Positions 1-9,235 of a stretch of 64,000 nt of DNA are shown here, in pieces (the first letter of the stretch is position 1; each line of letters begins with the position of its first letter). The stretch is from a virus. The notes beneath the pieces are model-generated. The model worked only from the letters and a program-made list of their open reading frames with translations. It was not told the DNA's origin and made no database searches. The position numbers and the translations under genes are program-made. The DNA lies in the IMG/VR virus record IMGVR_UViG_3300009777_000113, positions 519 to 64,518 of that record. The stretch is one strand, 5' to 3'.

Positions 1-1
1 A

Positions 2-925
2 GAGCACGAATTTAAATCAGGGCGCTACTTGAATCGCCTTGCCAATCACGACGAGGCAATCCTTAAGAAGATTCATGAGGCCATTGATGCTGAGAAAATC
101 GCTCGCTTGATCGAGGACCTGGGGCGAATTCCAGGCCCTGGTGAGATTTCAGAGCTGGCATTTTTAGGAAAAAGAAAATTCAAAGATTTTATTGAGTCGA
201 CGGTTTTACCATCAATCGACAAAGACCTATTTGAATCAAGTCGTGAGAGAATCAGGCAAGATATTCTACAGGCACTTGCAATGACTCGTATTGAAAACCG
301 AGCCTTTTTACCTCAGAGGGACCTATCTCTTGAGTTCCAACATACCCTGAAGGAAATGTTTGGTGAATATCGAGAGGCTTGTCGACTTTCTGAAGAAATG
401 CTCTTCCGCTTAGGTAAAGAGGGTGAAGTCTTAAAAGCTGCCAAGGCTTCCGTTGTCGGTAAGCTACTCCCCGAAGACCTTTATATTCATCGAAGTGCGG
501 TTGAATATATCCCAGGACTTTTGAAACTCATGCTCTCTCTTGGCGAAAGTATTGTTGGAAGGATCAATTCCGATTTGATCAAATTCAGTCTTCACGGAAA
601 GAGCATGAGCTTTCTTTTCTACGGCAATTTTGATGAGGATCCTCATCCTGCACTTCAAGGAAGCATTCGCGTGGACTTTCGCACTGGAAAAAACCAAGCA
701 CGAGATTATTCAAAATCTGAAAACCCTCCCGTTTTGCATCGGAAGGATACCTTCGTGCTCCCATCCTATGAACGCTTTGAAGAATTCAAAAAGCTCACCC
801 GGCAAGAGGAAGCAGCAGGTTTACTTGGTGGTTCAGGCATTGGTTTTCGCAAGCAGTGGGAAGAATTGTTGCAGCAGTCGGGTTATAGGCTCGACGGACA
901 CACTCTAAAGGCGATATCTTCGTAA
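2..925 (+). CDS. DNA phosphorothioation-associated putative methyltransferase, C-terminal part (5'-truncated)
   Basis: Motifs GKLLPEDLYIH, FDEDPHPAL, RDYSKSENPPVLHRKDTFV, LTRQEEAAGLL...IG..GH.L match my recollection of the TIGR04096-type family. The frame is open from position 2 (EHEFKSGRY-L), so the TTG at 29 is not the real start. Confidence 0.75.
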   Translation, partial: EHEFKSGRYLNRLANHDEAILKKIHEAIDAEKIARLIEDLGRIPGPGEISELAFLGKRKFKDFIESTVLPSIDKDLFESSRERIRQDILQALAMTRIENRAFLPQRDLSLEFQHTLKEMFGEYREACRLSEEMLFRLGKEGEVLKAAKASVVGKLLPEDLYIHRSAVEYIPGLLKLMLSLGESIVGRINSDLIKFSLHGKSMSFLFYGNFDEDPHPALQGSIRVDFRTGKNQARDYSKSENPPVLHRKDTFVLPSYERFEEFKKLTRQEEAAGLLGGSGIGFRKQWEELLQQSGYRLDGHTLKAISS

Positions 926-934
926 CAGAAACAA

Positions 935-1159
935 GTGAGGATGCAGTTGAGTAAAGAAAATAAACGAGAGCGATCCACAAAGACTTTTCTCGGAATGCCA
1001 ATGCGATGGAAGCGGGAGCAGATGTTTAAGAATTTTTGGAATTCTGACGATGATCGACTTTTTCCACCAAAATATTTTGGAATTGGCTGGGACTTAAACT
1101 TTCATGCTGTGTTTAAGAAAGCTGGGTTAATCAAAACCACTCCTTCTAAATCTGAATAA
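935..1159 (+). CDS. DUF5808-like small protein
   Basis: FWNSDDDRLFPPKYFGIGWDLNF matches the DUF5808 signature W-N-x-D-D-x-R-L-F-x-P-K-x-F-G-I-G-W-x-L-N-F. Confidence 0.65.
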   Translation: MRMQLSKENKRERSTKTFLGMPMRWKREQMFKNFWNSDDDRLFPPKYFGIGWDLNFHAVFKKAGLIKTTPSKSE

Positions 1160-1205
1160 CCTCCGAGTTTCTGAGGGCCTCATTAGACCCCCAAAAACTG
1201 GTCGA

Positions 1206-2033
1206 TTACATATACGCGGGTTTAAAAAAATCATACTCAGATCGATTTCTAAATGGCTGTGACGTCGCATAGATCATAGTGCTTTCGATAAAGGCATGGC
1301 CAAGTTGATTTTGAATCATGATCAGACTGGCACCACGATTGAGAAGATTGGTGGCTAGAGAGTGCCGAAGCAAATGTGGATACACTCTCCGCCCAATTCT
1401 TGCCCTAAGTGCCAACGTGCGAATCATTTTTCGAACGTCGCCTGGGGCAAGGGGATTGTTTTTTACGATGGTCGAAAATAAAAAATCATTTCTTTGTCTA
1501 GGATATTGCCTAAGATAATCAATCAGTGTTCTCGTGCATTCAGGCGAAATATTAACGATGCGATCCCTTTTGTTTTTACCTCCCAAGATTCTTATATGAT
1601 TAGAACCCAAATCAATATCATCGACTCTCAGACCACAAAGTTCTCTGTTGCGAATTCCAGAATAGGAAAGCAAGCAAATCACCGATTGTTCTCGGATATT
1701 TTTTGTAATTTGAATCAGTCTTGAAACCTCCGATTCCGAGAGGATGTCCTTAACGATTCTTCTTGGTTTGCGAGGCCGACCAATTCTGATTTCAACACCC
1801 TTGAGACTCGCATAATGTTCAATGGCGATACTTGTATTTACGATATGACTATAGCTGTATTGCTTTTCATGCATCCACAGAATGTGTTCATTGATCTGCC
1901 GTTTTCTCGGTGACAACTGCCCGATTCGTCTTAGGACAATCCGAATGCACCGACTGTACCCATCTACTGTTATCTTCGAGAGCCCTCGCTCCACGACGAG
2001 ATATTCCTCAAATTTTCTAATATGGTTTTCCAT
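1206..2033 (-). CDS. int: Tyrosine recombinase/integrase (XerC/D-like)
   Basis: Catalytic R (SGIRNREL), K (GGKNKRDR), HxxR (HLLRHSLAT), LGH and Y (STMIYA); N-terminal core-binding domain. Confidence 0.93.
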   Translation of the reverse strand: MENHIRKFEEYLVVERGLSKITVDGYSRCIRIVLRRIGQLSPRKRQINEHILWMHEKQYSYSHIVNTSIAIEHYASLKGVEIRIGRPRKPRRIVKDILSESEVSRLIQITKNIREQSVICLLSYSGIRNRELCGLRVDDIDLGSNHIRILGGKNKRDRIVNISPECTRTLIDYLRQYPRQRNDFLFSTIVKNNPLAPGDVRKMIRTLALRARIGRRVYPHLLRHSLATNLLNRGASLIMIQNQLGHAFIESTMIYATSQPFRNRSEYDFFKPAYM

Positions 2034-2338
2034 GTCTCGATTCCTCCTTTATTTTGGTTGAAGCCTCTGAAAGAGGGGCTACCTAAAAAAAGAGGATAGA
2101 AGTGATCGACGAGAAAAATTCGAGAGGCTGGTCTCGCGGGGAATTCGAAAGAAGAGCAGAGAATATAAATTAAATCAAAAGTGGTTCATCAAACACACAT
2201 CTGGCAGTCCAAAAATTAATCCGAGTGAGGCACCCGTATTTCCTCATACGACGTTTTAAACGGTTTTTCAATAATATTCGGGCCTCGAAATTTTATGAAG
2301 GAGTCTTTTACTACAGCGTATTAAATGGCTGCAAAAAC

Positions 2339-2635
2339 TTATTTAATCACAAATTTAGTTTGAAGAACTTTGGCAATAGTCAAGAGAAGCTCCAGAGAAG
2401 GCCGCCCCCTTTGTTGCTCAAGGGACTGAAGAGTCGATGGCTCAATGTTCAGAGATTCGGCCAACTGTTCTTGGGTTAATTGCATGGCCCGCCGCCTCTT
2501 TCTGATTTTTTGGGCGATAGCGGCCACATCTTGTTTAACGGCGTCCCTATATTCTCTCGGCACTCGATCAAGTCTTCTATTTTTACTGGCGTTCTTCATC
2601 CTCCTATTGAATAAGGGGCTGGTTTTGTTTAACAC
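2339..2635 (-). CDS. XRE-family HTH transcriptional regulator
   Basis: IRKRRRAMQLTQEQLAESLNIEPSTLQSLEQQRGRPSLELL is a typical HTH_3 pattern. Confidence 0.85.
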   Translation of the reverse strand: MLNKTSPLFNRRMKNASKNRRLDRVPREYRDAVKQDVAAIAQKIRKRRRAMQLTQEQLAESLNIEPSTLQSLEQQRGRPSLELLLTIAKVLQTKFVIK

Positions 2636-2702
2636 TGGGGGAAACTACGAGTAGTATTAAAACTGTTAGTTTGGCCTATATTGAGTTGAAGTCACTAAAC
2701 TC

Positions 2703-3050
2703 ATGAAGCACAGCATCTCAGACTTCTTGGTGGGTGGAGTTATGAAGAACAATCATTTTGAAACATTGAGCAAGTATCTACATGAAAAAAGGGTCGCCAA
2801 GGAGATTACTCAGGGCAGTCTTGCCAGGGTGTTAGGCTATGCCTCCCCGCAGTTCATCTCCAATTGGGAGCGAGGATTGGCGAAGCCGCCCTTAAGCACT
2901 CTCAAGAAAATGATTAAAATTTTGGATCTCGACGTGGATGAACTCTTAACTCTTTTGATGAAAATAGAAGAGAAGCGCCTTCGAGAAATTATCTGTGGAG
3001 AAGCAAAAACCTCAACCCACAAAAAAAGAAGAACGAAAGGCAGCGGCTAG
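2703..3050 (+). CDS. XRE-family HTH transcriptional regulator (probable start ATG 2742)
   Basis: LHEKRVAKEITQGSLARVLGYASPQFISNWERGLAKPPL; divergent from the other XRE gene; GGAG SD before ATG 2742. Confidence 0.88.
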   Translation: MKHSISDFLVGGVMKNNHFETLSKYLHEKRVAKEITQGSLARVLGYASPQFISNWERGLAKPPLSTLKKMIKILDLDVDELLTLLMKIEEKRLREIICGEAKTSTHKKRRTKGSG

Positions 3051-3059
3051 GAGGCTCTC

Positions 3060-3317
3060 ATGCGTTCATACGAAGACTGGTTTAAAGAATTCATATCTGG
3101 AAAGACCGAAATTCCCACATCAGGATTGTCCGACAATCTCTCGGTGCATACGATACGAAGATTTTTAGAGGGGAAAAACAAAGTATGGAAAATTGCATTT
3201 ACATTTACAGGAAGGCTTGTCGTTCGCTCCGGCGAAATCGGTGCTGACGGCATCACCATTGAATGGGGTCAGTGGAACACTTTGCACGATGTCGAGGTGC
3301 CAAAGGCTCAAAGGTGA
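3060..3317 (+). CDS. Hypothetical protein
   Basis: SD AGGAGG precedes the ATG; co-directional with the XRE gene. Confidence 0.55.
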   Translation: MRSYEDWFKEFISGKTEIPTSGLSDNLSVHTIRRFLEGKNKVWKIAFTFTGRLVVRSGEIGADGITIEWGQWNTLHDVEVPKAQR

Positions 3318-3412
3318 TCCTAAAGAGAGGGGCTCAGTTTCACTCGCCACTTTTCCAACCATTGATCGGCAAAATAGTTTTTGGTATGCAACCGAAAATA
3401 CTTTGAATCGTC

Positions 3413-3688
3413 TTAGTTAAAATCTTCCGTCTTAACTGGAGATAAGTTTCCCCAACAAAAGCAAATCGAACCTTTGCCAGAGTCGGTTGGCTTCAAATTT
3501 TGAACTTCAGTTTTCAATTTATTTAGAGAGTCTGATTTGCTTTCGATCTCTCGGAACATCGCCGCCTTCATCAACTCAAAATCGGTATAAACTCGGCTAG
3601 GATCGTTTGAAGGATGGCTCTCAATAATTCCGAACTCAATGCCGTCCTCCGTAAAATCAAATGCCCATTGCATACTGCTAGTTTTCAC
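3413..3688 (-). CDS. Hypothetical phage protein
   Basis: Last gene of the leftward early operon; overlaps its neighbour. Confidence 0.5.
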   Translation of the reverse strand: MKTSSMQWAFDFTEDGIEFGIIESHPSNDPSRVYTDFELMKAAMFREIESKSDSLNKLKTEVQNLKPTDSGKGSICFCWGNLSPVKTEDFN

Positions 3689-3899
3689 GGGAAGTCTCAG
3701 CAGCGGCGGCCTCGGCTTCGCGTTTAGCCTTTGCCTCTCGGTCGAGTTCGCGGTTGTGCTCTTCGTAGCAAGGGAAGCAAACGCTATCGAGAATCGATTC
3801 GGGGCCGCTTAACTCTTCTTCCAACTCAAACTCTTGATCGCAAATGTCGCAAATTTTTTTAACCATATTTGAAGTCTCCTTTCTTGAAGTGACGGACAC
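3678..3899 (-). CDS. Small Zn-finger protein (CxxC...CxxC)
   Basis: CDICD...CFPCY followed by a charged helix; AAGGAG SD before an internal ATG. Confidence 0.55.
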   Translation of the reverse strand: MSVTSRKETSNMVKKICDICDQEFELEEELSGPESILDSVCFPCYEEHNRELDREAKAKREAEAAAAETSREN

Positions 3900-4714
3900 A
3901 TAGCTCCGGTGCGGCGTGATCGCAAGTCGATTTAATACAACGTAGTAAAACCCTATTTGAAAAAAATGCGGCGCGGATTTGAAAGGGGGATGCCACCGGA
4001 TAAAACGAAAATTTTCCCCATTTTCCGTGATAGGGGCGGGGGTGCATCCCTTTGATTTCTCTACAGAAGGCCCACTGAGGCTCGCCTCGTGCGTCTACTC
4101 GCCAACCTCGCGCCCGATAGTCGCCACGATCCGCGCACTTACCTTGCTCCACTGCGGGACTCTTTCATCTCGAAGCTATACGCATACTTAGTCTTAGGCT
4201 TGATGATGTCCGCAAATAGGTAAAAGCGGACGTACTACTTGCGCGACACCTTTGAGGAATCTGTGACGACTCTGTCGTTATGCCCTGAGCTGACCACCGA
4301 GTAGTCGATCTCTATTGGGACTTTTTTCGGGCTGCTCCAGAAAAAGACTCTCCCGGATAGGACGCCAGGTAACCCAACCTAACCCCTGTCCACGCAGCCT
4401 TCAACTCTAACACCCAAGTCTTAGCTACCTTAACCAACTGTAAAGGCTGACCTATTTACCCACTTTAATACGCCAGGCATTTTAGTTTTAATCCCTAACC
4501 ATAGTGTTGGTGTTAGCCCTGTCTTCCCCTATGAGCAGCGGTTACCGAGCGTTTTCTATCCGAACCAATATGGTCTTAACTCTAAACCTATTTAAGATTC
4601 TGGCAGATACCCAGACGTTCGGCCCGTTAGTATGCAGCAGCGCAACAGGAATCGCGTGGACAAGTTGGTGGATACCGGGAACAACTCTTCGCAATGTCAG
4701 GGCCGTGTTTGGCT

Positions 4715-4981
4715 TTATAGCGCCGTCTCTGGAAGCGAGGCGGATCGATCTACCGTTATCGACTTTGAAGCGTGAATTAGGGCGTCTGTGGCGGTTAGAA
4801 GTTGAATATTTGGGTCGGTCGAGAGGCGCTTCAACGCTTCGACTATCTCCTGGACTATGGCCCGTCGCTCCATCGGTAAATAGAAGTGTGTGCCATAGCC
4901 GTCGTTGTGGACGGAGACTCGCTGGCTACAGACTTCGCAGAGGCGCACTTGCATAAGGATCCTTTTAGAGAAGCAGTTCAA
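4715..4981 (-). CDS. Hypothetical protein with CxxC
   Basis: MQVRLCEVCSQ; co-directional with the early operon. Confidence 0.45.
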   Translation of the reverse strand: MNCFSKRILMQVRLCEVCSQRVSVHNDGYGTHFYLPMERRAIVQEIVEALKRLSTDPNIQLLTATDALIHASKSITVDRSASLPETAL

Positions 4982-5070
4982 TTAGACTAAGACTTAAGAA
5001 AACTAAAACCGTAAGACCGATTGATACTAAGACGTAGGCTGTGAGTCTTCCCCATTCAAACGGCGGCATT

Positions 5071-5271
5071 TCAGTAAAACCCTTCAAATAACATTTCGAC
5101 TCTTCCGCACTTCTTACAGGTTGAGTTGGGTTGCTTCTTAAGACCGCTCATCTCTGAGACCTCGATGGTCCTATCCGCTTTGACAAACCTTCCGCACTTT
5201 TCGCAGACCGGAACGAACGTCGCACCACTATCGTAAACGATGCGCCTCACGTTTTCATATTCATGGTTCAC
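5071..5271 (-). CDS. Small Zn-ribbon protein
   Basis: CEKCG...CKKCG. Confidence 0.6.
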   Translation of the reverse strand: MNHEYENVRRIVYDSGATFVPVCEKCGRFVKADRTIEVSEMSGLKKQPNSTCKKCGRVEMLFEGFY

Positions 5272-5274
5272 GCC

Positions 5275-5541
5275 TTAGCTCCGCATGTAACTGTTAACAA
5301 CTTCACGGATCCGTTCGAACGTGGCCTCGGCGTCTTGGATTCCATCTTCGGGGAGCATTCCTCCGGGCGCATTGTATCTTCGTTTGAGATCGCCCACGAG
5401 TTTTGGAAAGACTGATTCTAAGCGCACAAGGTTGTCGGTGTCGGCCTTTCTTACTGCAGCTGCAATCAAAGCATTGAACGGCAGGTCTTTCGCGGCCAGG
5501 TGTTTACTGATCTCGTAGTCGACCAAGTTTAGTTCGTCCAT
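5275..5541 (-). CDS. Conserved hypothetical phage protein
   Basis: SD and tight packing; FNALIAAAVRKADTDNL..L...FP..YNAPGG resembles a recurrent phage hypothetical protein. Confidence 0.65.
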   Translation of the reverse strand: MDELNLVDYEISKHLAAKDLPFNALIAAAVRKADTDNLVRLESVFPKLVGDLKRRYNAPGGMLPEDGIQDAEATFERIREVVNSYMRS

Positions 5542-5553
5542 TGTTTCCCCCTT

Positions 5554-6066
5554 TTAATATCCAGGTAAAAGTTTGATGTCTTGGCCAGTGCGGTAGGCTT
5601 CGGCCACTTGCGGTCCCGTGAGCTGTCCGATAGTCTTTCCACCGGGCATGACGATGTCGTAATAGAAAGCCTGTTCAACCGTTCTGATTCCAGAGTCAAC
5701 CGAGACGAGCTTTGCTTTTACATCCAAGACCAATGCTCGCCACCGTTGTCGATTCTCTCTCTTTGCTCCATCTTCACCCCAAACATAACGCTTTGGATGT
5801 CCTTCGCTTGAGCCTTTATGTGCGAGTGGAAGGGTGATGCGGACCATTCGGTCTTTCAATCGAAAGGCGACAAAGGCCATCTCTGGTGTTGCGCCGGAGA
5901 AGAACTGGTCCGCTCCATATTTTTGTACGAGGTTTCTGATTTCACTTTCCGAGCGGTCGGCGCTGACCGAAGTGTTTTGAGCGTATCGTTTCATCTCTCC
6001 TCCTTTTAAGAATCTTTTGAAAGTTCGATAGGGCAGAAGAAATCTTCCGGCATGATCCAAAGCCAA
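5554..6066 (-). CDS. Conserved hypothetical phage protein (probable start ATG ~5994)
   Basis: YAQNTSVS.DRS..EI...RQRWRAL.L.VKAKL..V.SGI.T.E..F is a recurrent phage family; GGAGG SD. Confidence 0.7.
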   Translation of the reverse strand: MALDHAGRFLLPYRTFKRFLKGGEMKRYAQNTSVSADRSESEIRNLVQKYGADQFFSGATPEMAFVAFRLKDRMVRITLPLAHKGSSEGHPKRYVWGEDGAKRENRQRWRALVLDVKAKLVSVDSGIRTVEQAFYYDIVMPGGKTIGQLTGPQVAEAYRTGQDIKLLPGY

Positions 6067-6428
6067 TAGATATTGGCCACGTCGATTAAGTTTCTTTGCT
6101 TTGGATAAACCTCTAAAGCTGTGGACTCTTCTCCAAAGACTTCGTTTTTGATTCGCTGGAGTTTGTTCCAGTCGTGTTCGGGGAGTTCGTCATTTCTTCG
6201 GATCATCACCCGTTTGACCATTCCCCACCCGCACGAGTGATTGAACACTTGGACGATGTAGATATTGTTTTGAAAGACTTGGTCAGGCAAACGGCCTTGG
6301 GCATTCCCATCGTTCAGACTCAAATGCTTTTTAATGGCCAAGTCGGTGACGTCATAGAACTCGTTCCAACCTTTCTTGGCCAGGCGTCTTCCTTCGGCCT
6401 TCGCAGCTCTCATCATTTCTCTGTTCAT
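6006..6428 (-). CDS. DUF7694-like phage protein
   Basis: IRRND...DW..LQRIKNEVFGEE..A.EVYP....L.D.AN.Y.LW motif. Confidence 0.65.
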   Translation of the reverse strand: MNREMMRAAKAEGRRLAKKGWNEFYDVTDLAIKKHLSLNDGNAQGRLPDQVFQNNIYIVQVFNHSCGWGMVKRVMIRRNDELPEHDWNKLQRIKNEVFGEESTALEVYPKQRNLIDVANIYWLWIMPEDFFCPIELSKDS

Positions 6429-6652
6429 GGCGCAACTCCTACGTTCTGGGTGAACTCTTCATAAACCCAAATGTTCTGTGATTCTGGAATTGGATCGGCG
6501 AGGAATATCTGCGGGCGCTCGCCGTCGTATTTTACTTTTTCAACCGCAAAGGCGCGTCCCGATAGGAGCAAGCCCATGATCACAGGGCATTTGATCCCTT
6601 GTTGTTTCAAATCCTCTTCCGTTGCTTTTATTCTTACATGCCGACACATCAA
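6425..6652 (-). CDS. Hypothetical phage protein
   Basis: SD GGGGGAG; ATGA overlap with the next gene. Confidence 0.55.
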   Translation of the reverse strand: MMCRHVRIKATEEDLKQQGIKCPVIMGLLLSGRAFAVEKVKYDGERPQIFLADPIPESQNIWVYEEFTQNVGVAP

Positions 6653-6665
6653 TCAAACTCCCCCT

Positions 6666-6893
6666 TCAAATGAAAAACTCTAATCTAATTTTGAGCAGAT
6701 ACCCTTGAGGCACCTTTCGTTTAATACTTCGTAGTAGGTCTTCAAGCTCGTGGCCCATTTCAAACACTGGATAAGTATCGAGCGTGACTTCATAAAGCGG
6801 TTTACCTTCAAACTCTCGCTCTTCAACTTTGACATCCCTCACCAGGCTACAGGCTCGTGCCGCGACGGTGATTTCGGCTTCGGCATTGGTCAT
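6666..6893 (-). CDS. Hypothetical phage protein (start set at ATG 6893)
   Basis: The ATG overlaps the stop of the upstream gene (ATGA); the longer ORF-track start at 6989 lies inside that gene. Confidence 0.55.
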   Translation of the reverse strand: MTNAEAEITVAARACSLVRDVKVEEREFEGKPLYEVTLDTYPVFEMGHELEDLLRSIKRKVPQGYLLKIRLEFFI

Positions 6894-7312
6894 TTGCGTT
6901 TCCCCTTTTTTTGAAAGAGCGATTTGATCTCCACCTTTTCTGGGCGCTCTTCTTTTTCCTTCCAGAAGGTGACTTTGCAATGTGGGCATTGAGTGACGAT
7001 GCTGCCTTGGAGTTTGACCCGACTGGTTTTAAGATTCTTTTTCGCCTTCGGATCGGTGATCTTTAAAAGATCCTCTTTTGAAAGTTGGCCTAGCATCTCT
7101 TTCTTGGCCGGACACTTATGAACAACTTGTGTGGCCGTGTTGGGAATTTTGTATTTGATCATCCGAACAACCGCGTGGCTCTCAACGATCAGAACTCGGT
7201 AGGTGACTTCATCGATCATGAACTCATCACCGATCTGCAATTCCCTTTTGAAATTGCGTTTGACCGGGTTTGCTTTCTTTCTGTCGAAGACATCAAAGAG
7301 TGTGTATTCCAT
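6890..7312 (-). CDS. Hypothetical protein with CPHC motif
   Basis: Tight operon packing; QCPHCK. Confidence 0.6.
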   Translation of the reverse strand: MEYTLFDVFDRKKANPVKRNFKRELQIGDEFMIDEVTYRVLIVESHAVVRMIKYKIPNTATQVVHKCPAKKEMLGQLSKEDLLKITDPKAKKNLKTSRVKLQGSIVTQCPHCKVTFWKEKEERPEKVEIKSLFQKKGKRK

Positions 7313-7836
7313 CAGTTCACCTTTGTTTGAACATTGACGAGCTTCATGCGTCTGCCATCAAGGGCCGCGTTGATGATGGTATTCAGCTGACCTGAGAAGG
7401 TGAGCCTATCGAAGAACTCCATCTCGTCTTTGGTAATTTTCTTTTTTACGAAGACCATGCTTCGAATGAGGTGTGAGTGTTTGAAAAGCTCTTTTACCGA
7501 TTTTCTACACTGAGCCACGATGAGTTTTATTTTGTCATCGCCCACGCCTGTGACTCCGGCGTAATCAAGCTCTAGCTTCACATAGTGCGCGGTGAGGTTC
7601 CATGTGAGGTCAGGCATTCCAACTTTATCGTAGGCTTGACCACAGAGGGAGCAGCACTTGTCTTTGTAGAAATTCTTTTTCTTTTCAAACCGCACCGCCT
7701 GGCGAACGATTACCTTTTGTGGGGCAACCATTCGCTCAAGCAAATCTTTGAAGGTGGGTTTCTCGTCGGGGTGAAAGCCAGTGCAGTAAAGGCACCACGG
7801 TATTCCATGTGTTGTTCGTTTGACTTCGATATTCAT
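7312..7836 (-). CDS. Hypothetical Zn-binding protein
   Basis: WCLYC and CCSLCG motifs; operon packing. Confidence 0.6.
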   Translation of the reverse strand: MNIEVKRTTHGIPWCLYCTGFHPDEKPTFKDLLERMVAPQKVIVRQAVRFEKKKNFYKDKCCSLCGQAYDKVGMPDLTWNLTAHYVKLELDYAGVTGVGDDKIKLIVAQCRKSVKELFKHSHLIRSMVFVKKKITKDEMEFFDRLTFSGQLNTIINAALDGRRMKLVNVQTKVN

Positions 7837-8336
7837 AGTTGTTCTCCAATCCGTTGTTTTATTTCCAGGTAGGGAATTTTTCTTAAGTCGTCCCAGAGAA
7901 AGATCCTAAACTTTGGGATTGAGACTAAGACCGTAGTGACTGCTTTGAGGTCGGCCCGCTTAAAGAGTTTCGTTTCACACATGCAGTAGACCTGATCAAA
8001 GTTCTTCGTGAAGATCAGGAGCGGGATACGGTTTGATTTTCTAGCGTCAGCCGTGCATTGATTCCACCAAGCGTTGATTTGTTTGTTGGGCTTTCCTCCC
8101 AAGAACGAACTTGAAAAGGACCAGCCTTCTTGGTGTTTCAGCTCCACACAGAAAATAAACTCCACCATGTCCTTTGGACTTTTAGGTGTGACGTCGCCGG
8201 TCTTGGCCCACCCACCAGACAGCGGTGTGCGTTTGCAAACGAAGCCACACCAATCGGAAAAATCCTTTGCGATGTGGCGTTCAAACCTTGAGCCCTTGCT
8301 GCGCGAGTTCTTGCGCTTTTTCTTAATTGGTTTCAT
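7833..8336 (-). CDS. PD-(D/E)xK endonuclease, putative Holliday-junction resolvase
   Basis: SRSKGSRFER, RTPLSGG, GDV, FCVELK, WWNQC...P.LIF. Confidence 0.75.
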   Translation of the reverse strand: MKPIKKKRKNSRSKGSRFERHIAKDFSDWCGFVCKRTPLSGGWAKTGDVTPKSPKDMVEFIFCVELKHQEGWSFSSSFLGGKPNKQINAWWNQCTADARKSNRIPLLIFTKNFDQVYCMCETKLFKRADLKAVTTVLVSIPKFRIFLWDDLRKIPYLEIKQRIGEQL

Positions 8337-9235
8337 TGGAGAATAACCCCCTCTCGTCGTGCCTTTGGCGGGCGCGTTTCTTTTGACAGGACAAAGATGT
8401 CTTTGATTTCGTTTTGTATCCCAAAGGTCGATGGATCATGTTCGGTGAACACGCCAACGCCTGGTTTTGTTCTTTCAAATTGGTAGTGCTTTAAAACTTC
8501 GTGCTTCTCTTCCTTGGTGAGCACTTCACCGACGCTGAAGAGGTATTTGTTTCTGTTTAAAATCTTTTGATCAAATGAGTTCAGTGGGAACTTGCGTCCG
8601 GTTTTTAATTTGTGTTGTATGAGTCGCTTGGCGCGATCACGGCCCAGGCGTTTGATACCCGTGACTGAGTACTGAGCATCGCCAACAATAGACTTCCAGA
8701 GCAGATAGTATTTCGGTGAAAAGCCTAAGATGAGTTCAGCCTCGATCTCCGAAATGATCAATCCGTCCTTTGGCTCCATCACTTGAAGGTCAGGATTTAG
8801 AATTTGGAAGTAGTCTTTGTTCGCTGAAACAATCAGCTTTGGCTTTTGCAAAATCTTTGAGAGGTAGCCGATAGCATCCTTGGATTCTATTCCAATGGGG
8901 GAGATCGACCTCACTGGACAATGGCTTAAGAAGTAAGTGGCAATCTCAATTTCATTTGCGAGAGCTTTCTTTTCTTTATCATCCCGGCGTTCATTTCTGA
9001 GCGAGCCGTATTTTGAATAGAACTCTTGCTTTGATTTCGAGAAGTGATCTCCAAACACCACGCAGATGGTTTGTGGTTGGAACTCCTTCATTGCGGATAC
9101 GATCAAAGAAAATAGGGCTTTAGCCGAAGAGAAGCGCTCTTGATTTGAGTAAAAGACAGGAACCATTACGCTTCTAGCGTCAATAAAGACGTGGTGGTAG
9201 TGAGACTTCATGTGCTCCCCCCGGATAAGGCCCAC
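8333..9235 (-). CDS. 5'-3' exonuclease (FEN/PolI-N) family protein with degenerate active site
   Basis: FID.RS, VVFGD, ESKD (vs EADD), SANKDYFQ (vs SGDKD..Q), VGDAQYSVTGIKRLG (vs GD.SDNIPG..GIG) H3TH region. Confidence 0.72.
   Translation of the reverse strand: MGLIRGEHMKSHYHHVFIDARSVMVPVFYSNQERFSSAKALFSLIVSAMKEFQPQTICVVFGDHFSKSKQEFYSKYGSLRNERRDDKEKKALANEIEIATYFLSHCPVRSISPIGIESKDAIGYLSKILQKPKLIVSANKDYFQILNPDLQVMEPKDGLIISEIEAELILGFSPKYYLLWKSIVGDAQYSVTGIKRLGRDRAKRLIQHKLKTGRKFPLNSFDQKILNRNKYLFSVGEVLTKEEKHEVLKHYQFERTKPGVGVFTEHDPSTFGIQNEIKDIFVLSKETRPPKARREGVILQ

Noticed and set aside
1160-1205. attL site
   Set aside because: No matching direct repeat was identifiable within the window; the other prophage end lies beyond 64000.
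2339-3050. Assigning the host (e.g. Bdellovibrionota) from XRE sequence style
   Set aside because: Only an impression from the ISNWERG..PP motif; not testable without a search.
4504-4956. 150-aa + strand ORF
   Set aside because: No SD or recognisable motif; antisense to a better-packed minus-strand ORF.
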